A DNA stretch of 64,000 nt from Octopus sinensis (GCF_006345805.1 NC_043007.1:744001-808000), one strand, 5' to 3'. Counted from the stretch's first letter, positions 1-13,182 are shown. Numbers and translations: made by a program. The notes: generated by a model not told the origin, from the sequence alone.

Positions 1-757
1 TATGTGCCACCGACACAGGTGCCAGACGAGGCTGGCAGACGGCCACGCTCGGATGGTGTTTTTATGTGCCACCGACACAGGTGCCAGATGAGGCTGGTGG
101 ACGGCCATGATCGGATGGTGTTTGTTACGTCCCCAAAGCACGGAGGCCAGTCTATGCGGTACTGGCTACGGCCACGTTCGGATGGTTTTCTTGTGTGCCA
201 CCGGCACTGGTACCGCAAAGATACAAATTCCATTGATGTTCATCTATTTTGATTTGTTTTGATTTGATTTGATTTTCACTTGCCTCAACAGGTCTTCACA
301 AGTGTCACAAGAAGAAGGTATGCACAGGTGGACTGACTACGTCCCAGGTAGGGGCCACGGGTTATGGCCTGACTAGTCTTGCCGGGTCTTCGGATGGTGT
401 TTTTATGTGCCACCGACACAGGTGCCAGATGAGGCTGGCGAACGGCCACGATCGGATGGTGTTTGTTGCGTGCCCACAGCACGGAGGCCAGTCGATGCGG
501 TACTGGCTACGGCCACGTTCGGATGGTTTTCTTGTGTGCCACCGGCACTGGTACCACAAAGATACAAATTCCATTGATGTTCATCTATTTTGATTTGATT
601 TGATTTGATTTTCACTTGCCTCAACAGGTCTTCACAGGTCTTCACAAGTGTCACAAGAAGGAAGGAAGGTATGCACAGGTGGACTGACTACGTCCCAAGT
701 AGGGGCCACGGGTTATGGCCTGACTAGTACTGGTACCACAAAGATACAAATTCCATT
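1..757 (-). mobile_element. RTE LINE 3' UTR fragment, tandemly duplicated (~341-bp period)
   Basis: Reverse complement matches the 3' UTR of the RTE at 19300-19760 (AAGACCCGGCA..., CTTGTGAAGAC..TTGAGGCAAGTGA, GTGCC/GGCAC hairpin units). The unit starting at ~50 recurs at 391. Confidence 0.8.
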
Positions 758-880
758 GCAAAATTGATTAAACGACTTGCAACCAATTCTTACTAAACTG
801 AACCGCTAACTTACCATTATGGTTATGAAACCAAATTTCCCATCAAATAATGAAACTTAAACCTTGAAAACTGCACTGTT

Positions 881-1035
881 TGGGAGCTGTGTGGTAAGTA
901 GCTTGCTTATCAACTACGTTGTTCCAGGTTCAGTCCCACTGCATGACACTGTGGACAAGTGTCTTCTAATATAGCCTCGAGCCGACCAAAGCCTTGTGAG
1001 TGGATTTGTTAGACAGAAACTGAAAGAAGCCTGTC

Positions 1036-1037
<2 letters not shown>
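881..1037 (+). mobile_element. tRNA-derived SINE family A (CORE-like), 5' half
   Basis: A-box-like GCTGTGTGGTAAG and B-box-like GGTTCAGTCC, followed by GACAAGTGTCTTCT...GAAACTGAAAGAAGCC; many homologues in the window. Confidence 0.8.
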
Positions 1038-1102
<65 letters not shown>

Positions 1103-1209
1103 TACTGTGAATTTGTGTGTGTAATCTGGGAATGCATACAATGAGCTTCTCTGCCCTGGGTATACGGAAAACAAACGGCGAGAAACAGAAGAAAATTTGA
1201 GGAAATAAT

Positions 1210-1255
<46 letters not shown>

Positions 1256-1551
1256 TTGAAAAATACCTTTGGAATGAGAACCCAGGTTTGAAATTTCTCC
1301 AAGACACCTAATGAAGGCTGTCATATGTAAATAATGTAAAATCTCTTTTTATTTTACGACCCCCAACAATCACAATTAAGAACAAAATCTAAGGCAGAAA
1401 ACCCATCACAAAGGTAGATTAGTAATTAACGATAATAAAATGGTGAATATGTTACTTATTGAAAGTGTAATGAAAATAAGAGGTACTTTAGCATCTTCTG
1501 TGTCAGGTAATGAATGCAAATGACATTTTTCCAGGGAGGTCTTTGGTCATT

Positions 1552-2342
1552 GAATCTTGATTGACATAGACTCTTGACTGACTAAAACTCTTGGTTGACT
1601 AAGACTCTTGATTGACTAAGACTCTTGATTGACTTAGACTCTTGATTGACTTAGACGCTTGATTGACTAAGACTCTTGATTGACTTATACTCTTGATTGA
1701 CTAAGACTCTTGATTGACTGAGACTCTTGATTGACTTAGACTCTTGATTGACTTAGACTATTAAGTGACTAAGACTCTTGATTGACTTAGACTCTTGATT
1801 GACTTAGACTCTTGAGTGACTATGACTCTTGATTGACTTCGACTCTTGATTGACTAAGACACTTGATTGACTTAGACTCTTGATTGACTAAGACTCTTGA
1901 TTGACTAAAAGTCTTGACTGACTAAGACTCTTGATTGACTAAGACTCTTGATTGACTTAGACTTTTGATTGACTGAGACTCTTGATTGACTAAGACTCTT
2001 GATTGACTGAGACTCTTGATTGACTTAGACTCTTGATTGACTTAGACTATTGAGTGACTAAGACTCTTGATTGACTTATACTCTTGATTGACTTAGACTC
2101 TTGAGTGACTATGACTCTTGATTGACTTAGACTCTTGATTGACTAAGACACTTGATTGACTTAGACTCTTGATTGACTAAGACTCTTGATTGACTAAAAC
2201 TCTTGACTGACTAAGACTCTTGATTGACTAAGACTCTTGATTGTCTTAGACTTTTGATTGACTTAGACTCTTGAGTGACTAAGACTCTTGATTGACTTAG
2301 ACACTTGATTGACTTAGACTCTTGATTGACTAAGACTCTTGA
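1552..2342. repeat. 17-bp minisatellite (consensus TTGATTGACTWAGACTC), ~46 units
   Basis: Directly visible tandem array; diagnostic variants recur at a 289-bp (17 x 17) offset. Confidence 0.97.
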
Positions 2343-3110
2343 TAGTGTCACACAACAAAGTTTATTCCAGCAATGTTCCACAGACCAACAACAAGGTTTA
2401 AAACCATAATAGTTTTGGGGAGTTTGTACGGCATTGGCAAACCTGATGCCAGGATATGGAAGACAACACTTGTTCAAGATTCCACGTAGTAAAACAGAAT
2501 CTAAAACCGAATTGCAAAGTGAAATACATACAACAAAACAGTGATTCTTGTGCCTCATAATCACTGTCTCACCACCACCAACAGCACCGCTGCCACCAAA
2601 AACATGTTCGTCTCTAAAGATGAGGTTAATAGAGTAAAAAATGTACAATCTTATATTATTGTTTTATTTAATATTTTATTTTCAATTTTATTTTTGTTTA
2701 CTATTTTCTCAAAAACATAATTCTGCTATACTATAGTTTAAGAATATTTTTTTCCGAAAAGTAATTAAAATTACTTTTATAAAACTGATTAAATTTGTCT
2801 AGGTAATTACTATTTCATGTGTAACAAATTGGTTATAAAGCCAGTTTCTTTTTTTTTTTTTCTTTTTTCGTTTTTCCTTCTTTTCTTTTGAAGACTTTTG
2901 ATGTGAAGGAAGATCAGGCTGGCACTAAACTATTAAAATAAAATAAGAAAGAATTTAAGAACGCCACATCATTTTCATCTCATCCACATCTCACCAACTA
3001 CTTGCAGAGTGCAAAGGGCATGATATTTCCTTCTGATACATATTAACCCTCTTGATTACCAACTCACCTGAAGCTACCCCTGGTTCTATGATGCAAACAT
3101 TCTGCTTTAA

Positions 3111-3746
3111 CCCATTCATGTCGATCGTCCGTTTAAACTGACCCTTAATTTATAAGGGTATAAAACAAATACTTTATTTGTGTATGATCTGTGTCAAAGA
3201 ATGAAACGCGTATGCAACCTGTATCTCTCTCTTTTTTACTCTTTTACTTGTTTCAGTCATTTGACTGCAGCCATGCTGGAGCACCGCCTTTAATCGAGCA
3301 ACTCGACCCCGGGACTTATTCTTTAGTAAGCCCAGTACTTATTCTATCAGTCTCTTTTGCCGAACCGCTAAGTAATGGGGACATAAACACACCAGCATCG
3401 GTTGTCAAGCAATGCTAGGGGGACAAACACAGACACACAAACACACACACGCATATATATATATATATACATATATACGACAGGCTTCTTTCAGTTTCCA
3501 TCTACCAAATCCACTCACAAGGCATTGGTCGGCCCAAGGCTATAGTAGAAGACACTTACCCAAGGTGCCACGCAGTGGGACTGAACCCGGAACCATGTGA
3601 TTGGTAAACAAGCTACTTACCACACAGCCACTCCTGCGCCTGTGGATTTCAATGAAATTCTTTTCAGTTGTTATTTAGGTCAAAATCCAAGTATCTGTGA
3701 AATTTCGGGCAATTTCATTCGCTAGAAAGATTTCAGCACGAATGGG
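3111..3746. mobile_element. piggyBac-like MITE (TTAA TSD) interrupted by a SINE
   Basis: TTAA|CCCATTCATG at 3107-3120 and CACGAATGGG|TTAA at 3737-3750 give CCC...GGG termini and a TTAA duplication. A second copy of the 5' part lies at ~4023-4160. Confidence 0.8.
3229..3640 (-). mobile_element. Full-length SINE family A
   Basis: Minus strand starts GGCGCAGGAGTGGCTGTGTGG, has B box GGTTCAGTCC, a central TA/TG microsatellite and the tail GACTGAAACAAGTAAAAGAGTAAAA. Near-identical to 52003-52412. Confidence 0.92.
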
Positions 3747-4022
3747 TTAATCCGGCGCAGAGGCTAGACTGCCCCATCCTCCATGACACACTTTTAATCT
3801 AGCACTTGGGCTAGAGCATTCCTCACTCCATGACCTACATTTATTCCAGCACTTAGTCTAGACTGCCTACTCCCTGCACAATCTACATTTAATCCAGCAA
3901 TTAAGCTAGACATCGTTAGCCCACATTTAGTCCGGTATGTAGGCTAATTTGCTTCCCCTCCACAGCCAACGTTTAATCCGGCACTTAGGCTAGACTGCTC
4001 CCTCTCCATGACTTACATTTAA
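3747..4022. repeat. Degenerate ~47-bp tandem repeat, 6 units
   Basis: Recurring TAATCCRGCACTTAGGCTAGACTGC...CTCCATGAC.TACATT units. Confidence 0.8.
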
Positions 4023-4256
4023 GCCATTCATGCCGATCGTTTAAACTGACCCTTAATTTATATGGGTATAAAACAAATACTTGATTTGTGTATGATCTAT
4101 ATCAAAGAATGAAACAGGTTCTTAACGAGTACACAATCTGTATCAAATGGATTCCAATGGAGCACCACCTTCAGTCAAGCAAGTCAACCTCAGAACTTAT
4201 TTTTTGTTAGTCTAGTACACTTATTCTGTCGGACTCTTGTTGCTGAACGACTATGT

Positions 4257-4580
4257 TTCAATAATGAAAGATATTATCTATATCAAATCATATAGAAAAA
4301 ATTTAAATAATATTATAATAAAAATTATTCAAAAATCACTAAATTAAATGAACATTAGTTAAATTAAATAAATTAAATAAACATTAATTCAGTGATTTTT
4401 TAATAATATTTATTATAGTATATTTAAATTTTTTCTATGTAGTATAGACAATGTCTTTCACTACTGAATTAATTAATAAAGGTTATTTCTCTCAATTATA
4501 TACATATATTATATATTGTGAATTTGATCTAGAATTACTAAATTGAATTTTTCCCTGTAAGTTTGGAATTATATTCCCAA
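4257..4580. repeat. AT-rich long inverted repeat (arms ~4257-4350 / 4382-4468) with a flank shared with 51110-51200
   Basis: The arms are reverse complements over ~90 bp. The flank CAAACTTACAGGGAAAAATTCAATTTAG (minus strand here) recurs on the plus strand at ~51140. Confidence 0.75.
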
Positions 4581-4616
4581 TTATTATTATTATTATTGTT
4601 ATTGTTATTATTATTA

Positions 4617-4675
<59 letters not shown>

Positions 4676-4696
4676 GAGTGAGAGAGCAGTTCATGC

Positions 4697-4740
<44 letters not shown>

Positions 4741-4743
<3 letters not shown>

Positions 4744-4907
4744 CGATGGGCTTTTTTCAGTTTCTGTCTACCAAATCCACTCACAAGGCTTTGGTCGGCC
4801 CAAGGATATAGTAGGAGACACTTGCCCAAGGTGCCACGCAGTGGGACTGAACCTAGAACCAAGTGGTTGGTAAGCAAACTACTTACCACACAGCCACTCC
4901 TTCACCT
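4741..4907 (-). mobile_element. SINE family A, 5' half
   Basis: Reverse complement of the family A head (AGTGGCTGTGTGGTAAG...GGTTCAGTCCCACTGCGTGGCACCTTGGGCAAG). Confidence 0.85.
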
Positions 4908-5030
4908 ATATATATATATATATATATGCACACAGATAAGTGGGGGGTTGCATGCATTGAGTGGTATTGTACCCAATGCTCCAATGATGACAGGAGCAAC
5001 CTTTATGATTGTCTCTATTATTATCATTAC

Positions 5031-5079
<49 letters not shown>

Positions 5080-5739
5080 GTTTAGTCAAGAAGTTCAGTA
5101 CCCACGACTATCCCTGAGATTTCCAAGGCTCACGACAGGAAGGGAAACAGGGGGGAAAAAAAAACATCCTCATAGCATAGCCCTCGTCCAAATGCTTGCA
5201 ACAACAGATTCGACTCCACCCAAGTTAATTAATAAATTCCTCATTACCCTTGTCTACTTACATCCCCTGAACCCTTCAGCTCCTTTAAAAACTGCATCAG
5301 CTCATTGCACCTAGCTTTCTCTTTCACTCCATATCTAATTTCTCTCTCCTGCTCTATGCTAACATTGGCATTTCAAAACAGCAATTCCTTCTGTCTGCTC
5401 CACTCGCCACCACCACCACCACCACCACCACCCTTATTCTATGCCCACCCACCGACCCTTATTTTCTTCTGCTTTCTAAGGTCGGGTTTTTTTTTCCCTT
5501 AATTCTCGTTTTTTTTTTTTAGGGTTCTATATTTGTTCTCCTCCCCGTCATATGATGCTATCGCCTATCAGAAACAGTAACATCTGATACTTCAGTTTCC
5601 TAACTTAGCTGCTTGCACAACGTTGGCCCCTATTTATTTATTTATTTATTTACTTTACCCTTATTCTTATTTTTATTTACTCATTTATTTTTTTTTTTAT
5701 TTTGCTTTCACGGGGAAAGGGGTTCTGCATTGTGTGTTC

Positions 5740-6162
5740 ATGTATATGTGTGTGTATGTGTATGTATGTATGTATATATATATATATGTATATATGTATA
5801 TATATTTATGTATATATATATGTATGTATGTATGTATATATGTATGTGTATATATATATATATCTATATATAAATATATGTATATATATATATATGTATA
5901 TATATATAGGTATGTATGTATATAGGTATGTATATATATATGCATATATATGCATATATATATGTATATATATATATATATATAGTCATACATACATGTA
6001 TATTAATGTGTGTATGTATGAGTATGTGTGCGTGTGTGCATGTGTGTGTGTTTGTTTGTATGTGTGTGTGTGTGCATGTGTGTGTGGATGTCTGTGTGTG
6101 TGCATGTGTGTGTGGATGTCTGTGTGTGCATGTGTGTGTTTGTCTGTGTATGTGTGTGTTTG

Positions 6163-6193
<31 letters not shown>

Positions 6194-6560
6194 ATATGTG
6201 TGCATATGTGTGTGTGTGTGTGTGTGAGGATGTGTTACCCTCTGCATTTCCATTTATGTGCACTTGTTGAACTGCCATCATCTCATTCTCATCAAAACAT
6301 TTGCAAACGCCATCTTCCATCCGTCTAATCATCATTACAATATTCACCATCATCATCATCATAATAATAATCTTCAACATAATCACCATCATTATCATCA
6401 TCTTCAACATGATCATCACCATCATCACCACCACCACCATCACCATCATCATCATCACCATCATCTTCATCATTATCGTCATCATCTTCCTCATTATCGT
6501 TGTCATCACTATTATCATCCTCATCATCATCATCATCATCTTTATCATTATCATCATCAT
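5740..6560. repeat. Compound microsatellites (TA/TG)n and (CAT)n
   Basis: Direct inspection. Confidence 0.95.
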
Positions 6561-6679
6561 ATGGTCATTTGACCTGCTAGAAATAGCAACCAAATAACAC
6601 CTAACTTGAAATCTCTCCTAACTGTCTTACAAAAACAAAGACATCCTGAATAATTTAGTCCTAGATACTCAGTGCCACT

Positions 6680-6986
6680 TTGAGGGCCACTTTAATCACA
6701 GGAAATTTTTGGCGGGGGGCCATTTGTATCCTGACAGAATTGAAAGCATTTTGCTTTCTCATGTTATTATTACAATAATGAATGATCGTTGATTCAACAT
6801 GAAATATTATCATTGCAAAAACAGTAGTAGCTTTCTTTTTTTACTTTTCATTAAAATCTTTAATTTTTGATAAAATTTTTTAAATGTTTGTTTAAATAAA
6901 CTCATTTCAAGAAAGCATGAAGTGGGCCACAAGGTAAAAGTCTACGGGCCACATGTGGCCCGCGGGCTTCAGGTTGGCCAGCCCTG
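6680..6986. mobile_element. Probable hAT-type non-autonomous element end
   Basis: Ends GGGCCACATGTGGCCCGCGGG...GTTGGCCAGCCCTG, resembling hAT/Charlie subterminal palindromes and a CAGGG terminus. The opposite TIR was not found. Confidence 0.45.
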
Positions 6987-7164
6987 ATCTAGAATAAAGG
7001 AAGGCCATAGGTGGAGAGTCTGATCAGAGATCTCCTTGGTGACTGTGGGGTTATGAACCTTGCTTCCCAATAATTTGGTCTTAGGTTCAGCCTTGCAGCA
7101 TTGCACACTGATGCCAGCCAAAGCCTTGTGACTGGATTTGGGAAACAGAAACCAAAAGAAACCC

Positions 7165-7209
<45 letters not shown>

Positions 7210-7344
7210 TGTGTATTTGTGGTGTGTGTGTGTATTTGTGGTGTGTGTGTGTATTTGTGGTGTGTGTATTTATGGTGTGTGTGTGTGTGAATGTGACTCT
7301 GACAATTATTGGTACTACTGCTACTTTTTTCATCAACCACAACT

Positions 7345-7596
7345 GCTTAACTTCCTAAGCTAACCTGTCATATCTCTCGACTTTTCTTTCTTCCTTATCG
7401 CATACCTTTTTGTCAGCTGGGCATGCTATATCTATGACCCAGCATAGTTTGTTTTCTTTCTCAATTGAGACTATGTCCGGCTTCCTATTCTCTATCTCAT
7501 GGTCGCATATTCCTTCTTGTGGCATACATTGCCAGGTAATATGCCATACGGTTTCACCGTTTTGTCCACAGATTCTGCACTTATCACTTTCTGCTG

Positions 7597-7597
<1 letters not shown>
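7345..7597 (-). mobile_element. R4/Dong-like non-LTR retrotransposon fragment (CCHC knuckle plus restriction-like endonuclease)
   Basis: Translation CRICGQNGETVWHITWQC...NRKPDIVSIEKENKLCWVIDIACP..K...ERKVERYDRLA fits the CCHC and PD-(D/E)xK RLE motifs, with an internal deletion. It abuts a long (TAA)n tract. Confidence 0.8.
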
Positions 7598-7648
<51 letters not shown>

Positions 7649-7697
7649 CATATTATTATTATTATTATTATCATCATTATTATTATTATCATTATTA

Positions 7698-7762
<65 letters not shown>

Positions 7763-8072
7763 CAGCTGGGAGTCTAATGCTTATGACCCATCAGAAGACC
7801 TCCAAGACTAAACGGAGAGCAAAAGGTATTTGAGATATTCTCAAACCCAAGACATGATGTGAAAGCAAAAAACAGCATCATCTCCTCTAAAGACGTCCAG
7901 GTAGTGATGCTGTGGTGTTAGACCAAGTTACAGACTAAGTCTACCGGCCAAGTAGGCCAGATGGTGGTGGTGGAAATGACGGTGAAGGTAATGAAAATGA
8001 TGCTGATGATGATGATATTGATGATGGTGCTGGTAATGATGATGATGATGATGACAACAACAATGATGCTGA

Positions 8073-8109
<37 letters not shown>

Positions 8110-8544
8110 AGTGGTGGTGGTGATGACAATGATGACAATCATGATGATGATGGTGATCATTGCGATGATCACGACGAAAACATTTGACGACGACAACGAC
8201 GATGCCAACGCGCCGCCAACGACGATGATTTGGTACGGTGACCTTTCGGGGGAAATAAATGAAAGTTTATTACCAACAACACAACACAACATCCTTACAC
8301 CAGTAACAATGGGTTTACATTAATGAAGCAAACAAATTGACATTTCCATTGAGGAAGGAAGAGAGAAAGCCTCTCTGTGAAAGTTCAATACGAACCGCAT
8401 TTAATAACCGACCAGACTTTGATTTGGCTGAAACAATGAGGTGTTGCTGGTCCTTCAAACAGAAAGGAATTATTGACCAATAGATATCGCTTTGGTCGAC
8501 GCTTTTATCCAGCTACAGGCTTGGTATTTGATAGATTTTTCCTT

Positions 8545-8709
8545 CTATATACATTCACATATACATACATGCATACATACATACGTACGTACGTACATGC
8601 ATATACACATACATACATATATACATACATATATACATACATACATATATACATACATACATACATACATATATACATATATACATATATACATATATAC
8701 ATACATACA

Positions 8710-8743
<34 letters not shown>

Positions 8744-8990
8744 CATACATACATATATACATACATTTATACATACATACATATATTCATACATACATAC
8801 ATATATACATACATATATACATACATACGTACATACGTACATACATATATACATACATACATATATACATACATACATACATGCATACATATATACATTC
8901 ATACATACATATATTCATACAAACATACATATATACATACATATATACATACATATATTCATACATACATATATTCATACATACATACAC
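8545..8990. repeat. (ATAC)n-type tetranucleotide microsatellite
   Basis: Direct inspection. Confidence 0.95.
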
Positions 8991-9243
8991 ATAGGCTCAA
9001 GCACACGTGTATACATGTTTAAATTCATGTATTGCACAGACACATACACTTACCTCTCAAATACAAGTACAGAATCTTGCACCACACAGGCATACACACA
9101 CACACACACACACATGCACACAGATTTACATACATCTCTAGTAACTAACTTAACACAAGAACACACATACACACATAAACACACAAACACAGATACACAC
9201 ATGTATACCCGTACATACACACAAACATACACACATACACACA

Positions 9244-9530
9244 CATGCTAGCATGGGTTGGACAGTTCGACCGGGGTCTGAGAAGCCAGGAGGCTGCACC
9301 AGGCTCCAGTCTGATCTGACAGTATTTCTACAGCTGGATGCCCTTCCTAATGCCAACCACTCCATGAGTGTAGTCGGTTCTTTTTATGTGCCGCTGGCAC
9401 AGGGACCAGAGGAAGCTGGCAATGGCCACGATCAGTTGGTGCTTTTTATTTGCCACTGGCACGGGTATCACAACTACAATTTCCATTTGATTTTTATTTT
9501 GATGTTGATGTACTTGACTCAGTAGGTCCC
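9244..9530 (-). mobile_element. RTE LINE 3' UTR fragment
   Basis: CATGCTAGCATGGGTTGGAC...CTGGATGCCCTTCCTAA plus two hairpin units. Confidence 0.85.
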
Positions 9531-9749
9531 CTATATGTGTGTGTATGTATGTATGTATATATGTGTTTGTATGTATGTATATGTAGGCTATGTGGATAAG
9601 AAGTTCACTTCCCAACCACATTGTTTTGAGTTCCATCCCAGTGTGTATAGCACCATAGTACCTTGGGCAAATGTCTTCTACTATACCCTTGAACTGACCA
9701 AATCCTTGTTACTTTATTTGATGGGCAAAATCTAAAGTCCATCACATCT

Positions 9750-10050
9750 ACATGTATGTGCAAAGCTGCTTGTGCTCCAAACAGTCGACAGACAACTTAC
9801 AGGCAAGACAATTGTGTGCTATGGTGCAGAGTTCTGTTGCCAAACATAGGGCTTTCCAGCAGCCACCTTCTTGACCCAGGGCAGCAGAACCTCCTTCGGG
9901 CACTTGATTTAGGCCTCCATGTTGAATGTGAAGCCATGTGGGAATTGTCTTGTCTGTTGGCGACTTGTCTGCATATGGTTCCAAACACCAACCATTTCCC
10001 AGGGTGTACCAAATGCTTTTTCCATGGTTCCAGCATAAGTGAGGCTGACA
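9750..10050 (-). mobile_element. Degraded LINE (RTE-like) ORF C-terminus
   Basis: Frameshifted minus-strand pieces 'AALGQEGGCWKALC' (cf. LAQDRxxW) and 'CLAC...CRLFGAQAALHIH' (C2H2-like tail). Confidence 0.5.
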
Positions 10051-10432
10051 TGAAGTTGGTAAGAATAAGGTTCCCTTCAGCTGAGTAGGGCTATTGCAGA
10101 GAGGGTTTTATGCTAAAGGGTTTTATACCAGGCTTTATACTCGGAGATGAGAGTTTCAAATATGAGTGACGGGTCCAGAACAAAAAAGGTTGTGAAAGAG
10201 CTACATGGTTACATTTTAGAAGAGGAGGTGAGAGTGATGGGGGGGGGAGATAAAATAGGGGTGATGTGGTATGAGGTGAGTAGAAGTGAGTGGGGACAGA
10301 AAAAAGGGAGCATGAATGGTTGGACATTGGAAGAGGATATAGGAAGAATAAGGGGCAGTTAGAGATGTGAAACAAATGAGGGATTGAATATAAATAAAGA
10401 ACTAGTATTGAGAGATAATAAATAGACATTGA

Positions 10433-10684
10433 AGAGAAGAGTAGGTGATGACTGTATGGATTGGGTACGGCTGTAGGGGTGATTGTAGTGAATAGTGCAT
10501 AAGGGTTAAGGAGTAATCAATGATGTATATGATCATGGAGGGAAGTAGGGGAGAGTAGGTGATGACTGTAAAGATTGGGTACAGCTGAGGGAGGGTGGAT
10601 GTAGTGAATAGTGATTAAGGGTTAAGGAGTAATCAATGATGCATATGATTTTGGAGGGAAGTAGGGGAGAGTAGGTGATGACTG
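10433..10684. repeat. ~116-bp tandem repeat, ~2.2 units
   Basis: GAGTAGGTGATGACTG recurs at ~10439, 10553 and 10669, with homologous intervening sequence. Confidence 0.85.
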
Positions 10685-11009
10685 GCAATACAGAGACGGG
10701 TAAACAGCAGCAGTATATTAACACTAATACAGTAAACAATGAAAGGAGGACAAAAACAGAGATGACTGTGAAAGTGTGAGGGGAGAGAGAGAGATATGGT
10801 ACATGAGGAGAGTGAGAGGTGTGTGGTTGGGGAAGGAGAGATAATTTGGTGGCACAGATGGTGTTACATTTGCACTTCCCAAAGATCAGTGGGCTAGGAG
10901 CGGTGATGTTGCTATTATTTCCCCTGTTGACAAATCACCCATTGCGTGAGGGGGGGTATACATATATGTATAAATACATTTATGCATACACTCACACACA
11001 TATATATAC

Positions 11010-11184
11010 AAGCTGCCAGACGAGATGGTGAAGATGCCGACGACCGCTTTGTTCAAAGCCTCCCTGGACCTCAAGTGGCCTGAACTCTTTACATGAACAC
11101 CACCCTGTACTTAACTCCATGTCCCCCTACATGGCCTTGCTATTTGCTTTTGAGCCAAATTAACTAACTAACTAACTAACTAAC
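11010..11184 (+). mobile_element. CR1-like LINE 3' end with (TAAC)n tail
   Basis: KLPDEMVKMPTTALFKASLDLKWPELFT* matches the CR1-group terminal motif (WNxLP...FKxxLD). A short UTR and a TAAC tandem tail follow. Confidence 0.75.
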
Positions 11185-11301
11185 ATACATATATACATAT
11201 ATATTTATGAGAGAGAGAGTGAGGAGAAAGAGAAAGACAGAGAGGTATTATATTTTGATGAAGTCTTTCTGTATGTATATGTATGTATATATATATATAT
11301 A

Positions 11302-11351
<50 letters not shown>

Positions 11352-11430
11352 GCAGATAGATAGATAAACAGACAGACAGATTGATAGGTAGGTAGGTGGG
11401 TAGGTAGATACACAGACAGACAGACAGATC

Positions 11431-11467
<37 letters not shown>

Positions 11468-12353
11468 GTAGTCAAACAGACAAATGGACGGATGAATGGA
11501 TGGGTGGACAGATGGACAGACGGACAGACGGACAGGCAGGCAGATAGACAGGCAAGCAGGCAGGCAGACTGACAGACAGACAGACAGATAGATAGATAGA
11601 TTAGATAGATAGATAGATACAGTTGTTTTCTTTTTTTAGGGTCATTTTTGAGCAGTGGGTGGGGACCATAAATAGGTATTCATAAAGAATACCCCCACGA
11701 ACCTTCTCTCTCCAACACCACTACAACCATCACCATCACCACAAACATCACCATCACCATCATTATCATCATTGTCATCATCATCTTCAATTTCACGACT
11801 ATATCAGCAGGTTGTCAGTTAGATACACCCTTGGCCAGGATGTGTATCTAAAGGTAATCAGATCTGAGGCGTAGGTAAAAAGGAGTTATTTGATACGGCT
11901 GCGGAAGAAAGTACAGTGTCAGTGATGTCAGAATATGTGTAACAATTCACCAAAACAGCCACAGAACTGAATCTGCGCTAGTTACGGAGGAATTATCTGA
12001 GAGGGTACAAAGTTAGAAGATGGGTGACTGAGGTAGACTGGCACCGAATTATGTAATTTGACATTTAATACGAAGAGTTTGTCGTGTTAACAGGTAAGGC
12101 AAGTGCTACACACACACACACACACACATATGCGCACATGATCACACGCACATACAGACATGTGTGTATATAGGGATGTACATTTATAGATAAATACAGA
12201 TGGAGAGAGAGACAGAGATAAAGAGAAAGAAATAGAGAGATAGGCAGGGAGACAGATGGTCGGACGGATGGATGGACAGATTGATAGAGAGAGAGAGAGA
12301 GGGAGGGAGAGGGAGGGAGAGAGAGGGAGAGGGAGAGGGAGGGAGGGAGAGAA

Positions 12354-12392
<39 letters not shown>

Positions 12393-12434
12393 GGCGGGCA
12401 GGTGGTTGGAAAGAGGGGACAGATAGATGGTAGT

Positions 12435-12508
<74 letters not shown>

Positions 12509-12578
12509 AAGAAAGAAAGAGAGTGAGAGAGAGATAACTGACAGACAAGCATAAATAGTTAGAGAGAGAGGGAGGAAG

Positions 12579-12634
<56 letters not shown>

Positions 12635-13010
12635 AGGAGAGAAAGAGGAGAGAGAAGGAGAGAGAGAGACCGACATAGGTAGATAGATAGACAGATAAAC
12701 AGACAAGCAGACAGACAGACAGGTAGGTAGGTAGGTAGGTAGATAAATAGTTAGATGGGCCCAGAGGAGTTATTGAAGCAACAAGTGAGATATTATGTTG
12801 TGTAATAAAACTGCTTAAGAAATTATGTGATGTAATCAGGGGAATTGTGTGATGTAAATGAATGATAAGATATTAAATAGTGAGATATCCTGTGAAATGG
12901 TATCTGATATTGTCAGGGAAGTTATGTAAGGTAAATAAATAATATGCAATTATGTGATATCCGCAGAGGAGATGTGTAAAATAACATAACAAATGATGAT
13001 GCTGCTGAAG

Positions 13011-13075
<65 letters not shown>

Positions 13076-13094
13076 GATAATAATGATAATAATA

Positions 13095-13129
<35 letters not shown>

Positions 13130-13182
13130 TAATGATAATAATGATAATAATGATAATAATAATAATAATAATAATATAATGA

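Noticed and set aside
2211-2648. 145-aa minus-strand ORF
   Set aside because: Non-ATG start, runs into the 17-bp minisatellite, and has no recognisable domain.
11819-11851. Hairpin TTAGATACAC...GTGTATCTAA
   Set aside because: A 10-bp stem in AT-rich DNA is within chance expectation for 64 kb.
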